Shown: one piece after another, positions 10,206-22,902 of the stretch
Layout: the number at the start of each line of letters is the position of its first letter
Numbering within the stretch: position 1 is the stretch's first letter
Assembly (NCBI RefSeq): GCF_001194135.2
Contig: NC_068995.1
Location: forward strand, 42,990,024 to 43,054,023
Length of the DNA: 64,000 nucleotides
Direction: 5' to 3'
Source: Octopus bimaculoides
Lineage: Eukaryota
Translations under genes and position numbers: made by a program
Notes under the pieces: model-generated
Databases searched by the model: none
What the model was told of the DNA's origin: nothing
What the model saw: the letters and a program-made list of their open reading frames with translations, nothing else

Positions 10206-12139
10206 ATTCATCTAATTATTATAAAATTAACATGCATCTTAGTAGACAATCATTGTAATAAAATACTTTTTAGCCATCGTTTGTTTAATATGAAGTAATC
10301 ACTTAGAATTTTTAACATTGTGCACGTATCTCAGTTACGATTCCATTTCGGGGTTTGCCATTGTTTGGCTCATAGTTTCAATCAGATGTGACCGTCGTTA
10401 GGTTATGATTAATATATTCATTGCCGAATCAGTAATTACATACTATTTTAAGTTCATACTATTTTATTGCATGATGAGCTTAAGTACCTTTGTTTATAGA
10501 TGCGTGTGTGTGTTTTTGTGTGTGAGTGAGTGTTTGTGTGTGAGTGTGTGTATGTGCTTGCGTGTATGTGTGTTTGCGTGTGTGTGTGTGCGCGTATCAA
10601 TGAGCTTATATATCTACGTATATATTTATATTACGTATGTATATATATATATGCATATATNNNNNNNNNNNNNNNNNNNNNNNNNNNNNNNNNNNNNNNN
10701 NNNNNNNNNNNNNNNNNNNNNNNNNNNNNNNNNNNNNNNNNNNNNNNNNNNNNNNNNNNNNNNNNNNNNNNNNNNNNNNNNNNNNNNNNNNNNNNNNNNN
10801 NNNNNNNNNNNNNNNNNNNNNNNNNNNNNNNNNNNNNNNNNNNNNNNNNNNNNNNNNNNNNNNNNNNNNNNNNNNNNNNNNNNNNNNNNNNNNNNNNNNN
10901 NNNNNNNNNNNNNNNNNNNNNNNNNNNNNNNNNNNNNNNNNNNNNNNNNNNNNNNNNNNNNNNNNNNNNNNNNNNNNNNNNNNNNNNNNNNNNNNNNNNN
11001 NNNNNNNNNNNNNNNNNNNNNNNNNNNNNNNNNNNNNNNNNNNNNNNNNNNNNNNNNNNNNNNNNNNNNNNNNNNNNNNNNNNNNNNNNNNNNNNNNNNN
11101 NNNNNNNNNNNNNNNNNNNNNNNNNNNNNNNNNNNNNNNNNNNNNNNNNNNNNNNNNNNNNNNNNNNNNNNNNNNNNNNNNNNNNNNNNNNNNNNNNNNN
11201 NNNNNNNNNNNNNNNNNNNNNNNNNNNNNNNNNNNNNNNNNNNNNNNNNNNNNNNNNNNNNNNNNNNNNNNNNNNNNNNNNNNNNNNNNNNNNNNNNNNN
11301 NNNNNNNNNNNNNNNNNNNNNNNNNNNNNNNNNNNNNNNNNNNNNNNNNNNNNNNNNNNNNNNNNNNNNNNNNNNNNNNNNNNNNNNNNNNNNNNNNNNN
11401 NNNNNNNNNNNNNNNNNNNNNNNNNNNNNNNNNNNNNNNNNNNNNNNNNNNNNNNNNNNNNNNNNNNNNNNNNNNNNNNNNNNNNNNNNNNNNNNNNNNN
11501 NNNNNNNNNNNNNNNNNNNNNNNNNNNNNNNNNNNTATATATGTATATCTTTCTGTGTGTGCATGTACGTGTGTCTATACACCGATGCACATATTCATAT
11601 ATATATATATGTTTATATGTTTGTATGTATGTACATGTGTGTATTTCTCTTTGTGAATATAACCGTAATTCCTCTCTTTCTAAATGAGTGGTTATTAAGA
11701 GGTAAGAAATTTTAAGTTCTAAAAGAAACATACCAGAAAACTATCGTTTGTTTTGCCTTATTAGCTTTATATATGTACAATAAAACTAGGAATAACATAT
11801 TTTTGCAGACACTCATAAAATTTTGCAACATGTCTTATTCGAAATTTTTGTGTAGTAAAGGAGGAGGAGGAGGAGGAGGAGGGGCATGGAAACATGTGCT
11901 GAAACAGCTTGTCGCTGCATCCACAAGCCCTTGTCGTTCCCCTACAACTGGCAGTGGATGTCTTTGAACCATTCAGACGACATATCTCCAACCCATAGGT
12001 CTGTTTTCAGTAGTCGTTGCTCGTGAGAGTCTTACGACGTCGGAGTGCAAATCCTAGTTAAACCGCTTTTAGTAGCCTTTTAAGACAGACACATGAAACG
12101 TAGGGTCTATTTTTTTTACATGCTGGTACCCACACAGCA

Positions 12140-12260
12140 CAAGAGCGACATGAAATGACATGTTTTGCTTAAGAACAAAACACGTTGCCCAGATCGAGAT
12201 TGAAACCGATGAATTTGTGATGATGAGTGCAACTCCCTAAATACTAGGCCAGGCGCCTTC
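12140..12260 (-). mobile_element. Old tRNA-derived CORE-like SINE (family E)
   Basis: Minus strand gaaggcgcctggcctagtatttagggagttgcactc...ggtttcaatctcgatctgggcaacgtgttttgttcttaagcaaaacatgtcatttca: decayed A and B boxes plus CORE-like sequence. Confidence 0.55.
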
Positions 12261-13752
12261 TTAGGAAATGAGAGAAAAAAATACGGGTGCATAAGGAAAT
12301 TCTATGTTCGTAGCATTTTTGTGTCTCATTTTGGCTAAAAGATAAAACTTTAGTTAGCATCGCATTCTTGGATGGTTTACTACAATATAAATACAATATA
12401 CTCAATTTTAACAGCTTTAAGCTAAAATACCCATTTGTGTATCAGACAAAACAATATTTACAACACTGACAGGCGTGATGTTGAGGCTTTTGCCCATGTG
12501 AATATCTCTTCATAGATATGCTGTGTTAAAAGTACACTATATGCGGACATCGTCCCAGCAGTGAACCATAGAACACCAGTCACGTTGGGATTATGTACTT
12601 GTTTCTTATATATATATATATATTTGTATGATTGTGTATAGAAGAATATATTAATCAACGAAAGTCCAAGTCTGATTTTCACGTTTTATTATTTGCAATT
12701 TTTAAAATCTTACAATATTGAAACAAACTAGTACTTTCCTGCGTTCTTCAGGTTTATGTAGTGATAGACGTGAAACACAACTGACAAATGTTAGCAATTT
12801 TTGAACGTGATTTTCAGACTAAGTTGGAATTCATTAATATATTTTTGTGTGTAGATATACATATACATACAGAGACAGACAGATAGACAGATATTGACAG
12901 ACACACATAGACAGACAGACACGCACGCACATATATACATAAAACAGTCTGTCTAAGAAGCAATTCCTGTCTGAGACAAATATATAATAATGGCGTCATA
13001 ACAGTGCATATAGCTTAAATAACTAAGATGTGAGACATGAAAATGCAAACACATCTGCGAAAATGCGGATATTACATTTCTTCATACGACAAAAACACAA
13101 AACACAATACAATTGTGAAAAAGAAACAAAAGCATTGGGGTATTTAACAACAGTAAACAATTATTATTACATTACCGGAAGCAGAGAGCATTGTATTTTC
13201 CAAGAAGAACAGCATTACGTGGACAGATAATAAATAAAGTTAGATAAAATCTATAGGATGGAAAACATGCTTATTCAAATTATGCTTCTTGTAAGAATGG
13301 GAATAAGACACAGAAAAATACGACCAATAATTAACAAACCCTGACAGCTAACAAAATAGGCCGCTGTTGAGAAGTGAACAAAAAAGAAACGTAAACTACT
13401 ATTGATACCAGATAACAGGTCTACGCAATCGCAGGAAAGCAAACCACACTTTGAAAATTTCTCTCATGTTTGTTTTTGTAGTTATCATTTACTAGATTAT
13501 CTAACGGTGTTGCATTCCCACATAAAAGCGTTGATTGTTTTTTTCTTTTCTTAGATTGTCTTTTCGTTTATAGATATTTTTTTATTGTCTTTTAATGTAT
13601 AGATATGTTTTTATTAGATTGTTTTTTTTCATGCATAATTTCACAACAGACTACAACATAGGCCAGCTTGCTGCATGAAGCGTGGTATACGCATATTTTT
13701 TTCCATATTTACATATCTATACATACATGCATAGATACATGCATATATATAT

Positions 13753-13783
<31 letters not shown>

Positions 13784-13844
13784 TAGGGGGGAGAGAGAGA
13801 GATGCACACACACATGCACACACACACATACACACACACGCGCA

Positions 13845-14644
13845 GAATGTGCATCCTTGAAATTCTGAGACATTTCCAGAAGTGTCATCTATTAATTTCA
13901 AAGGAGTACAAAACCCCTTCCAAGTACGATCCTCTGACTTTCACGTACTTATTATAGCTCTTCTTTAAAATGAAGACCTCCAAGACACTGTCATATCTTC
14001 CTTTATCTTCTCAGTTCTTTTTAAACCGACTACCTCTTCGGTTTTTACTTCAGCTTGAAGCCTCTAGGGAGAGTGAGGAACAATTTTAATGCCCATTTCT
14101 GTCAAGTTGTCAAGTACCAAGCTGAAATGTCGCCTGCTGCAATGTCCGTATGCAGGTTCTCTGAAATTTTACGACGACATTGTTTCCTAAACACCCCCAA
14201 CATTTCCGCAAACTAATCGTTTTTGACAGTCCTTCCAGAGGGACCGAGTAGGTGGAGATGATACCCGTTTTCTTGAAAAAATGGATTATCATGAGCTACC
14301 CGTTCGACAGTCATTTACCAAGCAACGTATTCCAACAGTGTAGAACATTTCATAAGTTAGAGTAGCGGTTTTTTGCCGGCGAGTTTAGCAGAAAAATTTA
14401 TTGCATAGCCAGCTTCCAAATTGTCTTCATGTCCTTACTGCATTCTGCAAACTGATCACCTAGGACAAGCAGTGTTTAGTAGGGTGCGTTTAATGTTCGG
14501 TTATAGCGGTCACCTTCAAACGGGAATACGAAAAAGAGGGCAGTGCAGCGTAAAAGATGTATTGTTATAATAAACTGAAACTACAATAAGCTAGGGCGGT
14601 TAGAACTTCTGAAAAGTCTCAAAACTTCCAGAATGAACCTCGTA
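13845..14644 (-). mobile_element. Internally deleted mariner (DD34D-type) transposon
   Basis: Imperfect TIRs of about 35 bp (catccttgaaattctgagacatttccagaagt vs reverse complement of acttctgaaaagtctcaaaacttccagaatgaacctcgTA). Transposase remnants EAGYAINFSAKL, KTATLTYEMF, MIIHFFKKTGII, KIVPHSP, KYVKVRGSYLEG. Confidence 0.8.
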
Positions 14645-17322
14645 TGCATACATACATACATACACGTACGCGTGCATGCATATATAGTCTGGCTGTGGTA
14701 GGAGTGTTGAGTAGCAGTCGAGTAGCAGTTGTGTAGCGGTTGAGTAGAGATCATCCGTAGGTGCTAGATAGCTTTAGCGTTGAGACATAACACATACATA
14801 TATACATACATACATACATACATACATACATGCATACATACATGCATGCACGCATGTATGCATACATACATACATACATACTTACATACATACATATGAG
14901 AGTCAGAAAAGTTTATATATACGAGGTAAATGCGTTAAACTAATGCACTCAAATGAATACTCTCTAATTAAACATTTCGCCAGCAAAGTCAGCAAGTCCA
15001 ACTATATATACTTATCATTAAAAATTAATTATGATCTTTAATAAAGTAAGCATGTCATCTTTATTCTCATTTTACCTTTGCTAATTAAGGTTGCATCTTA
15101 GCCATTGGAAATTTTCATCGAAATTTCATTTTGCGTACCGCACAATTACATTTGACAATAAAGTAATTTTCTTGTTTCATTGCAAGTTTAATACAACTTT
15201 TGGTTTCATTCATTCATTCACCTATTGGTAATTAATGGCATTAGGTGTCTATCATGTTGTAATTAGAGCTGATATATGATGCATGTTATTTAACAAATAT
15301 CAGACTTTCGCCACACATTCCTATGAAAACTGAAAATTGCTTTTAAATATAATTAATCTTATTTTATTTGTACTGTACGAAGCATTTACCATTAGAGCGG
15401 AGACCGTTGCCGTATTTTTATTTCAATTTCCAATCGGTTGCATCTGTCAAGTTTTATAAACATTTTATATTCCGGTTAAAATAAAGATGTAGGCTGAATT
15501 ACTTCATCGAGAGTAATTACTTGTTGTGGCAGTGAACATTTTAATGCTCTTATATAACATAACACGTATAACTAATACTCTGCAATATTACGAAAGAAAA
15601 AACACATTTAGAAAATTTACAAAATTACACAGAATCATGCGTTTTAATGTAATGTTATGATGGAGAAATGCGTCATATCCTGTACAGTTGTGCAAAGACT
15701 AATACTTTCAAACAAACAGATATAGTCTTTCATATTGACACACTCATACTCACACACTCGGACACACTCACACACATTCTCACACGGTCACATTTGTCGA
15801 TGTTTGCCAACACATGGATAAATGCATACATTGACACATACAATCTTATATATTACATTATAAAATCTCACATTTATTCCTGTGATTATTAGTGCAATTA
15901 GCAATTTTAGCAAATATCTAGGTGATAATTTCGTAAAGATGGAATGGTTCAGGCAAATAAATTAACAAAATCACAAGAACTTTCCCCAAAAATTATGTTC
16001 GTAGAAAATTAACAATACACAAAAGTCTCCAGGTTCATTGATTAAATTTTGCCGGTAATTATTTAGTTAAATTGCAGTGATAGAGCTTTGTTACTATGTT
16101 GAATTGCTGTTAAAGAATGCGCCCCCCCCCCACACACACACACGTACACACACAGACACACACACACACCAACGAATATACATACATACATAATGGGTCA
16201 CAGATGGAGATTAACCAAATCTGAAATCAACGCTGATACGAGTCTGTCTCGTCAGTATATTGCAATTTGTAGAAAGAATTGTTGTAAATATACATAAGAA
16301 ATTACAATTAGATGACGGGCATATTGAGCCATTATATGAAAACATACCAGTAGAATGATGCTGTAATATCCTCTATGAAATGAATTGAAAACACACCTAA
16401 TGATCTAGGGCTAGATTAAACAGGAGGAGATATTAGTTATCCAGTAGATGCTAAAATAATGCCAAAGAGGGATTAAAATAAATTAAGTATGCCAAACTCA
16501 AGTGAAAACTGAGGACACAATATGTCGAGTAGATATTTAGAATTATTCTTCTAAATATAAAGTCGGTTGGCGTTGTAGTTATCCGACTCAGCACAAAATC
16601 AGGAAAGCTAGGGTTTACAGAACAATCATAGGCAGCAAGGTTTCACAAGCACACATATATGTACGTGTGTTTCTCTATGTGTCCATGTGTCTGAATATGC
16701 ACTCACACATTTTTAACTAAAACAAAAATATTAATACAGTTTAATAAAGTCCCCTGGTGGATTCTTTGTTACTTTGACTTTATTAATATAATATTTTATT
16801 AATAAAAATAGTTTGAGGGAAACCCATATTCGATCTTTTTATTAAACTTTTGGCCACCACATTCACATATACACCGTTGCGAAATTATGGTGTTTCAAAA
16901 CAACGCAACATGTATAAATGGATCGTGTGTCAGTAATAAACATTTCCTTGTTCAGTTAGAAAGCATTTGGAAAGAAGAATTTTTTAAAAATTTTCCAGTT
17001 AAACTTATACCTGAAACCATGTAGTAAATTAAGGCTAATCTTTGAGTCTATTATATGAAATTAAGTATTATCGATAGGAAAAAGAAAAAAATGGGTTGAG
17101 AATAGAGCTAATATTCACAATTATATCGTGAAAAGATCAGCTAATTTACTTTACAATCTGACAATAGTGTTGATGTGTCTGCACGAATGGAGTAGAAATA
17201 TAAAACAGACAGTAAAATAATACCCTAAATGTCTCTGCTATAAAAGAAACGAAAATAGCTGGCCATTATAAGTTGTCTAGCAGCTGAAATTAATTGGCTA
17301 TTTTCATGGCATGTAAACAAGC

Positions 17323-17398
<76 letters not shown>

Positions 17399-17635
17399 TT
17401 TATTAAATTTACTCTTTTATTTTCATTTCTATGTTACTAATAAAGATAATAAAAGTAAAGGATATAGTGTAAAGAAATCCTTCTATGTCGCAATATAACA
17501 TTTTGGCAAAGAACTTTCTTTTTTGAGATTGCCTAACATTTTTCTGGGTTTTATTTGTGTTTCGGTTTCTGTTTATTAAGTCTTGAATGTAAAAAATAAA
17601 AAATAAAAAAAACACAGAAAGATATTCAAACAACT

Positions 17636-18224
17636 AGTCACTGATCTATAAATTAGAAAATATCTATTTTTAAATCTCACAACGAGAGATATTCACCAAC
17701 AGTACTTTGGAGTAAATATTGTTTGCCAACATAACATGGCAATCCTAGTTTAGGACGAATGTTGCTGTAATTTAAGCCCAGGAGACATCGTCTCCAGCCG
17801 TCTATACGACAAGATCTGTGTCCTTATATTTTCGTTGTGAGATCTAAAAATAGTAATTTTCTAATTAATAGATCAGTGACAAGCTGTCACTTTGAAAACT
17901 ATATATTTCGAACGGTAATTTGGCAGCGCCACATCTAACCGAGCAATTATTCTGTGCTGATGAATGGAAATAACCTGGAAATCGCGATGCACAGATATTG
18001 TTTTGAGCTGAGTGGGGGTGCTAGATTCCCTTGTTCGAAACTATAAGGAATTAGATCGTGTCGAGTAGCCAGCTGGAGACGATGTCTCCTGGGACTAAAT
18101 TACAGCAACATTCGTCCTAAACCAGGACTGCCATGTTATGTTGGCAACCATTTTTTACTCCAAAGTACTGTTGCTGAATATATCTCGTTGTGAGATTTAA
18201 ACATAGTAATTTTCAAATTTATAG
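17636..18224. repeat. Long imperfect inverted repeat (about 170-bp arms, 17646-17817 / 18053-18224) with an extra internal inverted copy of the outer 49 bp (17832-17880)
   Basis: Arms compared by eye, e.g. ccaggagacatcgtctccagc / gctggagacgatgtctcctgg and aacagtactttggagtaaa / tttactccaaagtactgtt. Confidence 0.92.
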
Positions 18225-18311
18225 TAAATATAGTTATGATAATAAGCATTTCTTCACAAAGAGCAATTAGTGTTGTTACCAGTTGAATTTATTTGCATCG
18301 TATTCTTCGTA

Positions 18312-18410
18312 TATTCTTGCCTTCTCTAGGCACAAGACCCGACATTTTGGGGGAGAGGGCTAGCCGATTAGATCGACCCCAGTACAATCTGATACGTTAT
18401 TTTTGTAGGG
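18312..18410 (-). mobile_element. SINE-A 3' fragment
   Basis: ctaggcacaagacccgacattttggggagagggctagccgattagatcgaccccagtac matches the tails of other SINE-A copies. Confidence 0.8.
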
Positions 18411-18739
18411 ACGGCGTTCCTGCACCAATATCATTGACTTGTAGCGTTTCGTCAGGTGCTGTTAAGTTAATACCAGGTTATGAAAAAGTGAAGTGATGAA
18501 TGAATAGCAACGTTAATAGGACTGACGAGAGACTCTTTCATTCAGGCGAAACCTTGATCAACATGTACTATTGTAAGAATATTGACTGTCAGTAGCGTGT
18601 GTTTGGCTGTTGTTATGAGCTCTGCTTGTGCCGATAGTCTTAAGAACACATTTAGTCTAATCATATGACTCCTGGGAAATATTTTCATCACCCTTATCTC
18701 ATAGTGATAATGCAAGGAAGCTACTCGAGAAAGTCAACA

Positions 18740-18990
18740 TCAACTCAAGAGCAAATGCAGAAAACTTGATATCAACTGCCCAGATTCAAACACTAGGCTC
18801 AAACGACAAAAAGACGATGGTGGTATCTGGTGCATAATTTGCACCCGACAATACAATTAGACATATATAATTGCCCAGTTCTTTCCAAATCCAGCTACAT
18901 TCACGATAGAATCTACAATTATGTTGTCTGGTCAATATATCCAAATATTTCCACACTGCTATGTAAATATGAATAACAAATGGTAAAAAC
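18740..18990 (+). pseudogene. Decayed R4/Dong-like LINE fragment (pre-knuckle and CCHC region)
   Basis: ANAENLISTAQIQTL resembles AETEGLIxAAQDQxL; TIRHI..CPVLSKSSY.HDRI resembles ETIxHIxxGCPVLAxxEYxxRHD. Confidence 0.55.
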
Positions 18991-19309
18991 ATGTAGCAAT
19001 ACTCGGATCAATACAATTACCGTAGATTACATAATTGTTTTTGAACACTTTTCATTATATATTTTTATATTCATTTTGATTTTATTCTTTATTGTCTTCT
19101 CTTGTCCACGCTAATTTTATACAGCCTCCGTTGAAATCTCTCAATTATTCTGAGGTGTAAAACGTCTCAACATCCACAGGTTTTCTTCTTCTTCTTCTTC
19201 TTCTTCTTCTTCTTCTTCTTCTTCTTCTTCTTCTTCTTCTTCTTCTTCTTCTTCTTCGCCTCCTCCCCCTCCTCCTCGAAATTTCAGGTCTTGTGCTTTT
19301 AGTACAAAG

Positions 19310-19680
19310 AATTATTATTATTATTATTAGAAAATGTTTTTCATCCAATTTTGTTTCTGTTTCCTGCTGAGTGTCTTCCAGACATTCACGGCAGAACAAC
19401 TCACTACATATATTGGTAGACCATTAAGATAAACATACCAGAATGTTCATTAACAAAGTCAGGGTAATGTGATAGTAAAAAGGAGGAAAAGGTAAGAAAA
19501 AACGAAAGCAGAAAATAAAAAATAGAAAAAAATAAAAAAATAAATATGGAAAACAGAAAAAAGTGGTAATAAAAGGAAGTATAATTCATAGCGACAGTGC
19601 TCTTCTCATTATATGTAACGTACCGGTTTAAAAAGTTATTTGCAGTTATTTTACGCATGGTAAGCCAGGGAGAATTCTCA
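19310..19680 (-). mobile_element. 3' end of an R4/Dong-like LINE with (TAA)n tail
   Basis: Terminal peptide GTLHIMRRALSL*. The pyrimidine-rich 3' UTR is homologous to 59590-59830 (ttaatggtctaccaa / ttaatgacctaccaa). Ends in ataataataataat. Confidence 0.75.
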
Positions 19681-19704
19681 AATAATTTTCAGTTTTTGTT
19701 TGGC

Positions 19705-19869
19705 TGTGTGGTAAGTAGGTTGCTTACCAACCACATGGTTCCGCGTTCATTCCCACTGTGTGGCACCTTTGGCAAGTGTCTTCTACTATAGCCTCGGGCA
19801 GACCAAAGCCTTGTGAGGGGATATGGTAGACGGAAACTGAAAGAAGCCTGTCGTCTATATGTATGTATG

Positions 19870-19920
<51 letters not shown>

Positions 19921-19971
19921 GTGTGTGTGTGTCTGTGTTTGTCTCCCAACATTGCTTGACTAAAGGCGGTA
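19705..19971 (+). mobile_element. SINE family C (tRNA head, CORE-like body, internal TA/TG microsatellite)
   Basis: gtggtaagtaggttgcttaccaaccacatggttccgcgttcattccc...gcacctttggcaagtgtcttctactatagcc...gaaactgaaagaagcctgtcg, then the microsatellite. Truncated by an N-gap. Confidence 0.85.
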
Positions 19972-20843
19972 NNNNNNNNNNNNNNNNNNNNNNNNNNNNN
20001 NNNNNNNNNNNNNNNNNNNNNNNNNNNNNNNNNNNNNNNNNNNNNNNNNNNNNNNNNNNNNNNNNNNNNNNNNNNNNNNNNNNNNNNNNNNNNNNNNNNN
20101 NNNNNNNNNNNNNNNNNNNNNNNNNNNNNNNNNNNNNNNNNNNNNNNNNNNNNNNNNNNNNNNNNNNNNNNNNNNNNNNNNNNNNNNNNNNNNNNNNNNN
20201 NNNNNNNNNNNNNNNNNNNNNNNNNNNNNNNNNNNNNNNNNNNNNNNNNNNNNNNNNNNNNNNNNNNNNNNNNNNNNNNNNNNNNNNNNNNNNNNNNNNN
20301 NNNNNNNNNNNNNNNNNNNNNNNNNNNNNNNNNNNNNNNNNNNNNNNNNNNNNNNNNNNNNNNNNNNNNNNNNNNNNNNNNNNNNNNNNNNNNNNNNNNN
20401 NNNNNNNNNNNNNNNNNNNNNNNNNNNNNNNNNNNNNNNNNNNNNNNNNNNNNNNNNNNNNNNNNNNNNNNNNNNNNNNNNNNNNNNNNNNNNNNNNNNN
20501 NNNNNNNNNNNNNNNNNNNNNNNNNNNNNNNNNNNNNNNNNNNNNNNNNNNNNNNNNNNNNNNNNNNNNNNNNNNNNNNNNNNNNNNNNNNNNNNNNNNN
20601 NNNNNNNNNNNNNNNNNNNNNNNNNNNNNNNNNNNNNNNNNNNNNNNNNNNNNNNNNNNNNNNNNNNNNNNNNNNNNNNNNNNNNNNNNNNNNNNNNNNN
20701 NNNNNNNNNNNNNNNNGTTTTCTGTGACCTTTTCTGGCGTGTGTTTATACCATCTTTTTTCTGTTGCTATTCCATAATGTTGGCATAGCTTCCAGTGTAT
20801 ATATCATCATCATCATCATCATTATTATTATTATTATTATTAT

Positions 20844-20968
<125 letters not shown>

Positions 20969-20970
20969 AT

Positions 20971-21053
20971 GTGGCGAGATGAGAGAATCGTTAGCACACC
21001 GGGCGAAATGCTTAGTGGTATTTCATCCGTCTTTCCGTTCTGAGTTCCAATTC
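20971..21053 (+). mobile_element. SINE-A head ending at the B box, joined directly to a LINE
   Basis: gtggcgagatgagagaatcgttagcacaccgggcgaaatgcttagtggtatttcatccgtctttccgttctgagttccaattc, followed immediately by LINE coding sequence. Confidence 0.85.
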
Positions 21054-22645
21054 AGGAAAGCAAAAGCTGGGTGTGTATTCACAACCCGCCAACAAAAAGT
21101 CAATCATTTGTTATTCATGGATGAGCTCAATCTTTATGGTAAAGATGAAGGCCAAGTCAGTTCCCTCGTTGACACGGTGTATAGCGTCAGTGCTGATATC
21201 GGAATGGAGTTCGGACTGAGAAAATGTGGTGTGCTAGTCTTGAAGAGAGGTAAAATCAAATGCATGGACGGGCTAACGATACCGTCGGGGGAGGTTATGA
21301 AGCAGATAGAAGAGACGGGCTATAAGAAGTTGGGGATTTTGGAAATGGATAAATTAATGGAGAAAGAAATGACAGAAAAATTTAAGGTATAGTACTTGCG
21401 TAGACTGAGGCTAATCCTAAAGTTGTAACTACATGGACGGAATAAGATCGAAGCTATCAACACCTGGGCGGTTTTACTCCTTAGATATGGAGCAGGAGTA
21501 CTCGCATGGACAGTAGAGGAACTAAGCAGGTGAGACAGAAAGACAAGGAAGTTGCTAACTAGATATGGGTCACTTCACCCAAAAAGTGACACAGACACAC
21601 TGCATGTACCAAGAAAAAGGGGGTGAAGAGGACATATTGGATACGAACACAGCATTAGAGCAGAATAAAACAACATAGCATGGTATGTAAAAAATGCCAC
21701 AAAGCCGCTATTATTTGAAGTAAGAAGGTCAGGCTTGTGTAGGATGAAAGATTGCAAAGATAAAGCACTGTACAAGAAATTGCAAACGAATGAAACTGAA
21801 AATAGGTGAGTAAAAAAAAGAATGCATGGTCAATTTCAAAGGGATGTTGAAGATAAGACAGACAGAGAAAAAAGATAGCTGTGGATGACTAAAAGTGGTT
21901 TAAAACCGGAAACAGAGGCTTTAATCTGTGCTGCCCAAGATCAAGCACTAAGAACAAACTACATAAAATACAGAATAGACAACAGAGCAGAAAGTGATAA
22001 GTGCAGAATCTGTGGACAAAACGGAGAAACCGTATGGCATATTACCAACCAATATACGCCACTAGCCCAGAAGGAATATAAGAGACGCCACAACAATAAA
22101 GCAAGGCTCGTCCATTAGACACTTTGCAAAATGTACGAATTTCACAGACCAAAAATTGGTACAACCACAAACCTAAAGGCATCATCGAAAATGGAAATGC
22201 CAAGATATGGGATTTTATGATTCAGTGCAACCATGAGATAAAGAATAGGAAGCCGGACATAGTCTTAATTGAGAAAGAAAATAAACTATGCTGGATCATA
22301 GATATAGCATGCCCAGCTGACAACAAGGTATTCGATAAGGAAGAAAGACAGGTCGAGAGATATGACAGGTTAGCTTGGGAGGTAAAGCAGTTGTGGTCGA
22401 TGAAAAAGGTAGCAGTAGTACTAATAATTGTCGGAGTCCTAGGAACAGTGGGCAAGAATATTGAGAAGTACATGGAACAATTAGGGGCTGCAATAAGTGT
22501 GGAGCACTTGCAGAAAGCAGCACTGCTTGGAACCGCTCGAATACTCCGGAAGGCGCTCGAAAAATAGGACGAGTTACCTTAGTTCGCTGGTATTGAACAG
22601 CTGACACTGTAATACATCTCCAGCATTAGAAGCTGAGCAAAGGCA
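21054..22645 (+). mobile_element. 5'-truncated R4/Dong-like non-LTR retrotransposon (RT end, CCHC knuckle, RLE), pseudogenised
   Basis: KVNHLLFMDEL (YxDD-type motif), DIGMEFGLRKC, LKPETEALICAAQDQALRTN, KCRICGQNGETVWHI, KRRHN, WDFMIQC...RKPDIVL...IIDIACP (PD..D), GTARILRKAL*, then a short UTR and (TAA)n. Stops and frameshifts present. Confidence 0.93.
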
Positions 22646-22687
22646 GTAATAATAATGATAATAATAATAGTAATAATAATAATAATA

Positions 22688-22720
<33 letters not shown>

Positions 22721-22766
22721 GTTATTGTTGTTGTTGTTGTTATTGTTATTATCATTATTGTTATTA

Positions 22767-22798
<32 letters not shown>

Positions 22799-22859
22799 GT
22801 TATTGTTGTTGTTGTTGTTATTGTCATTATCATTATTGTTATTATCATTATTATTATTA

Positions 22860-22902
<43 letters not shown>

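Noticed and set aside
18520-18560. Hammerhead-like CTGACGA...GAAAC
   Set aside because: Stems I, II and III cannot be paired convincingly.
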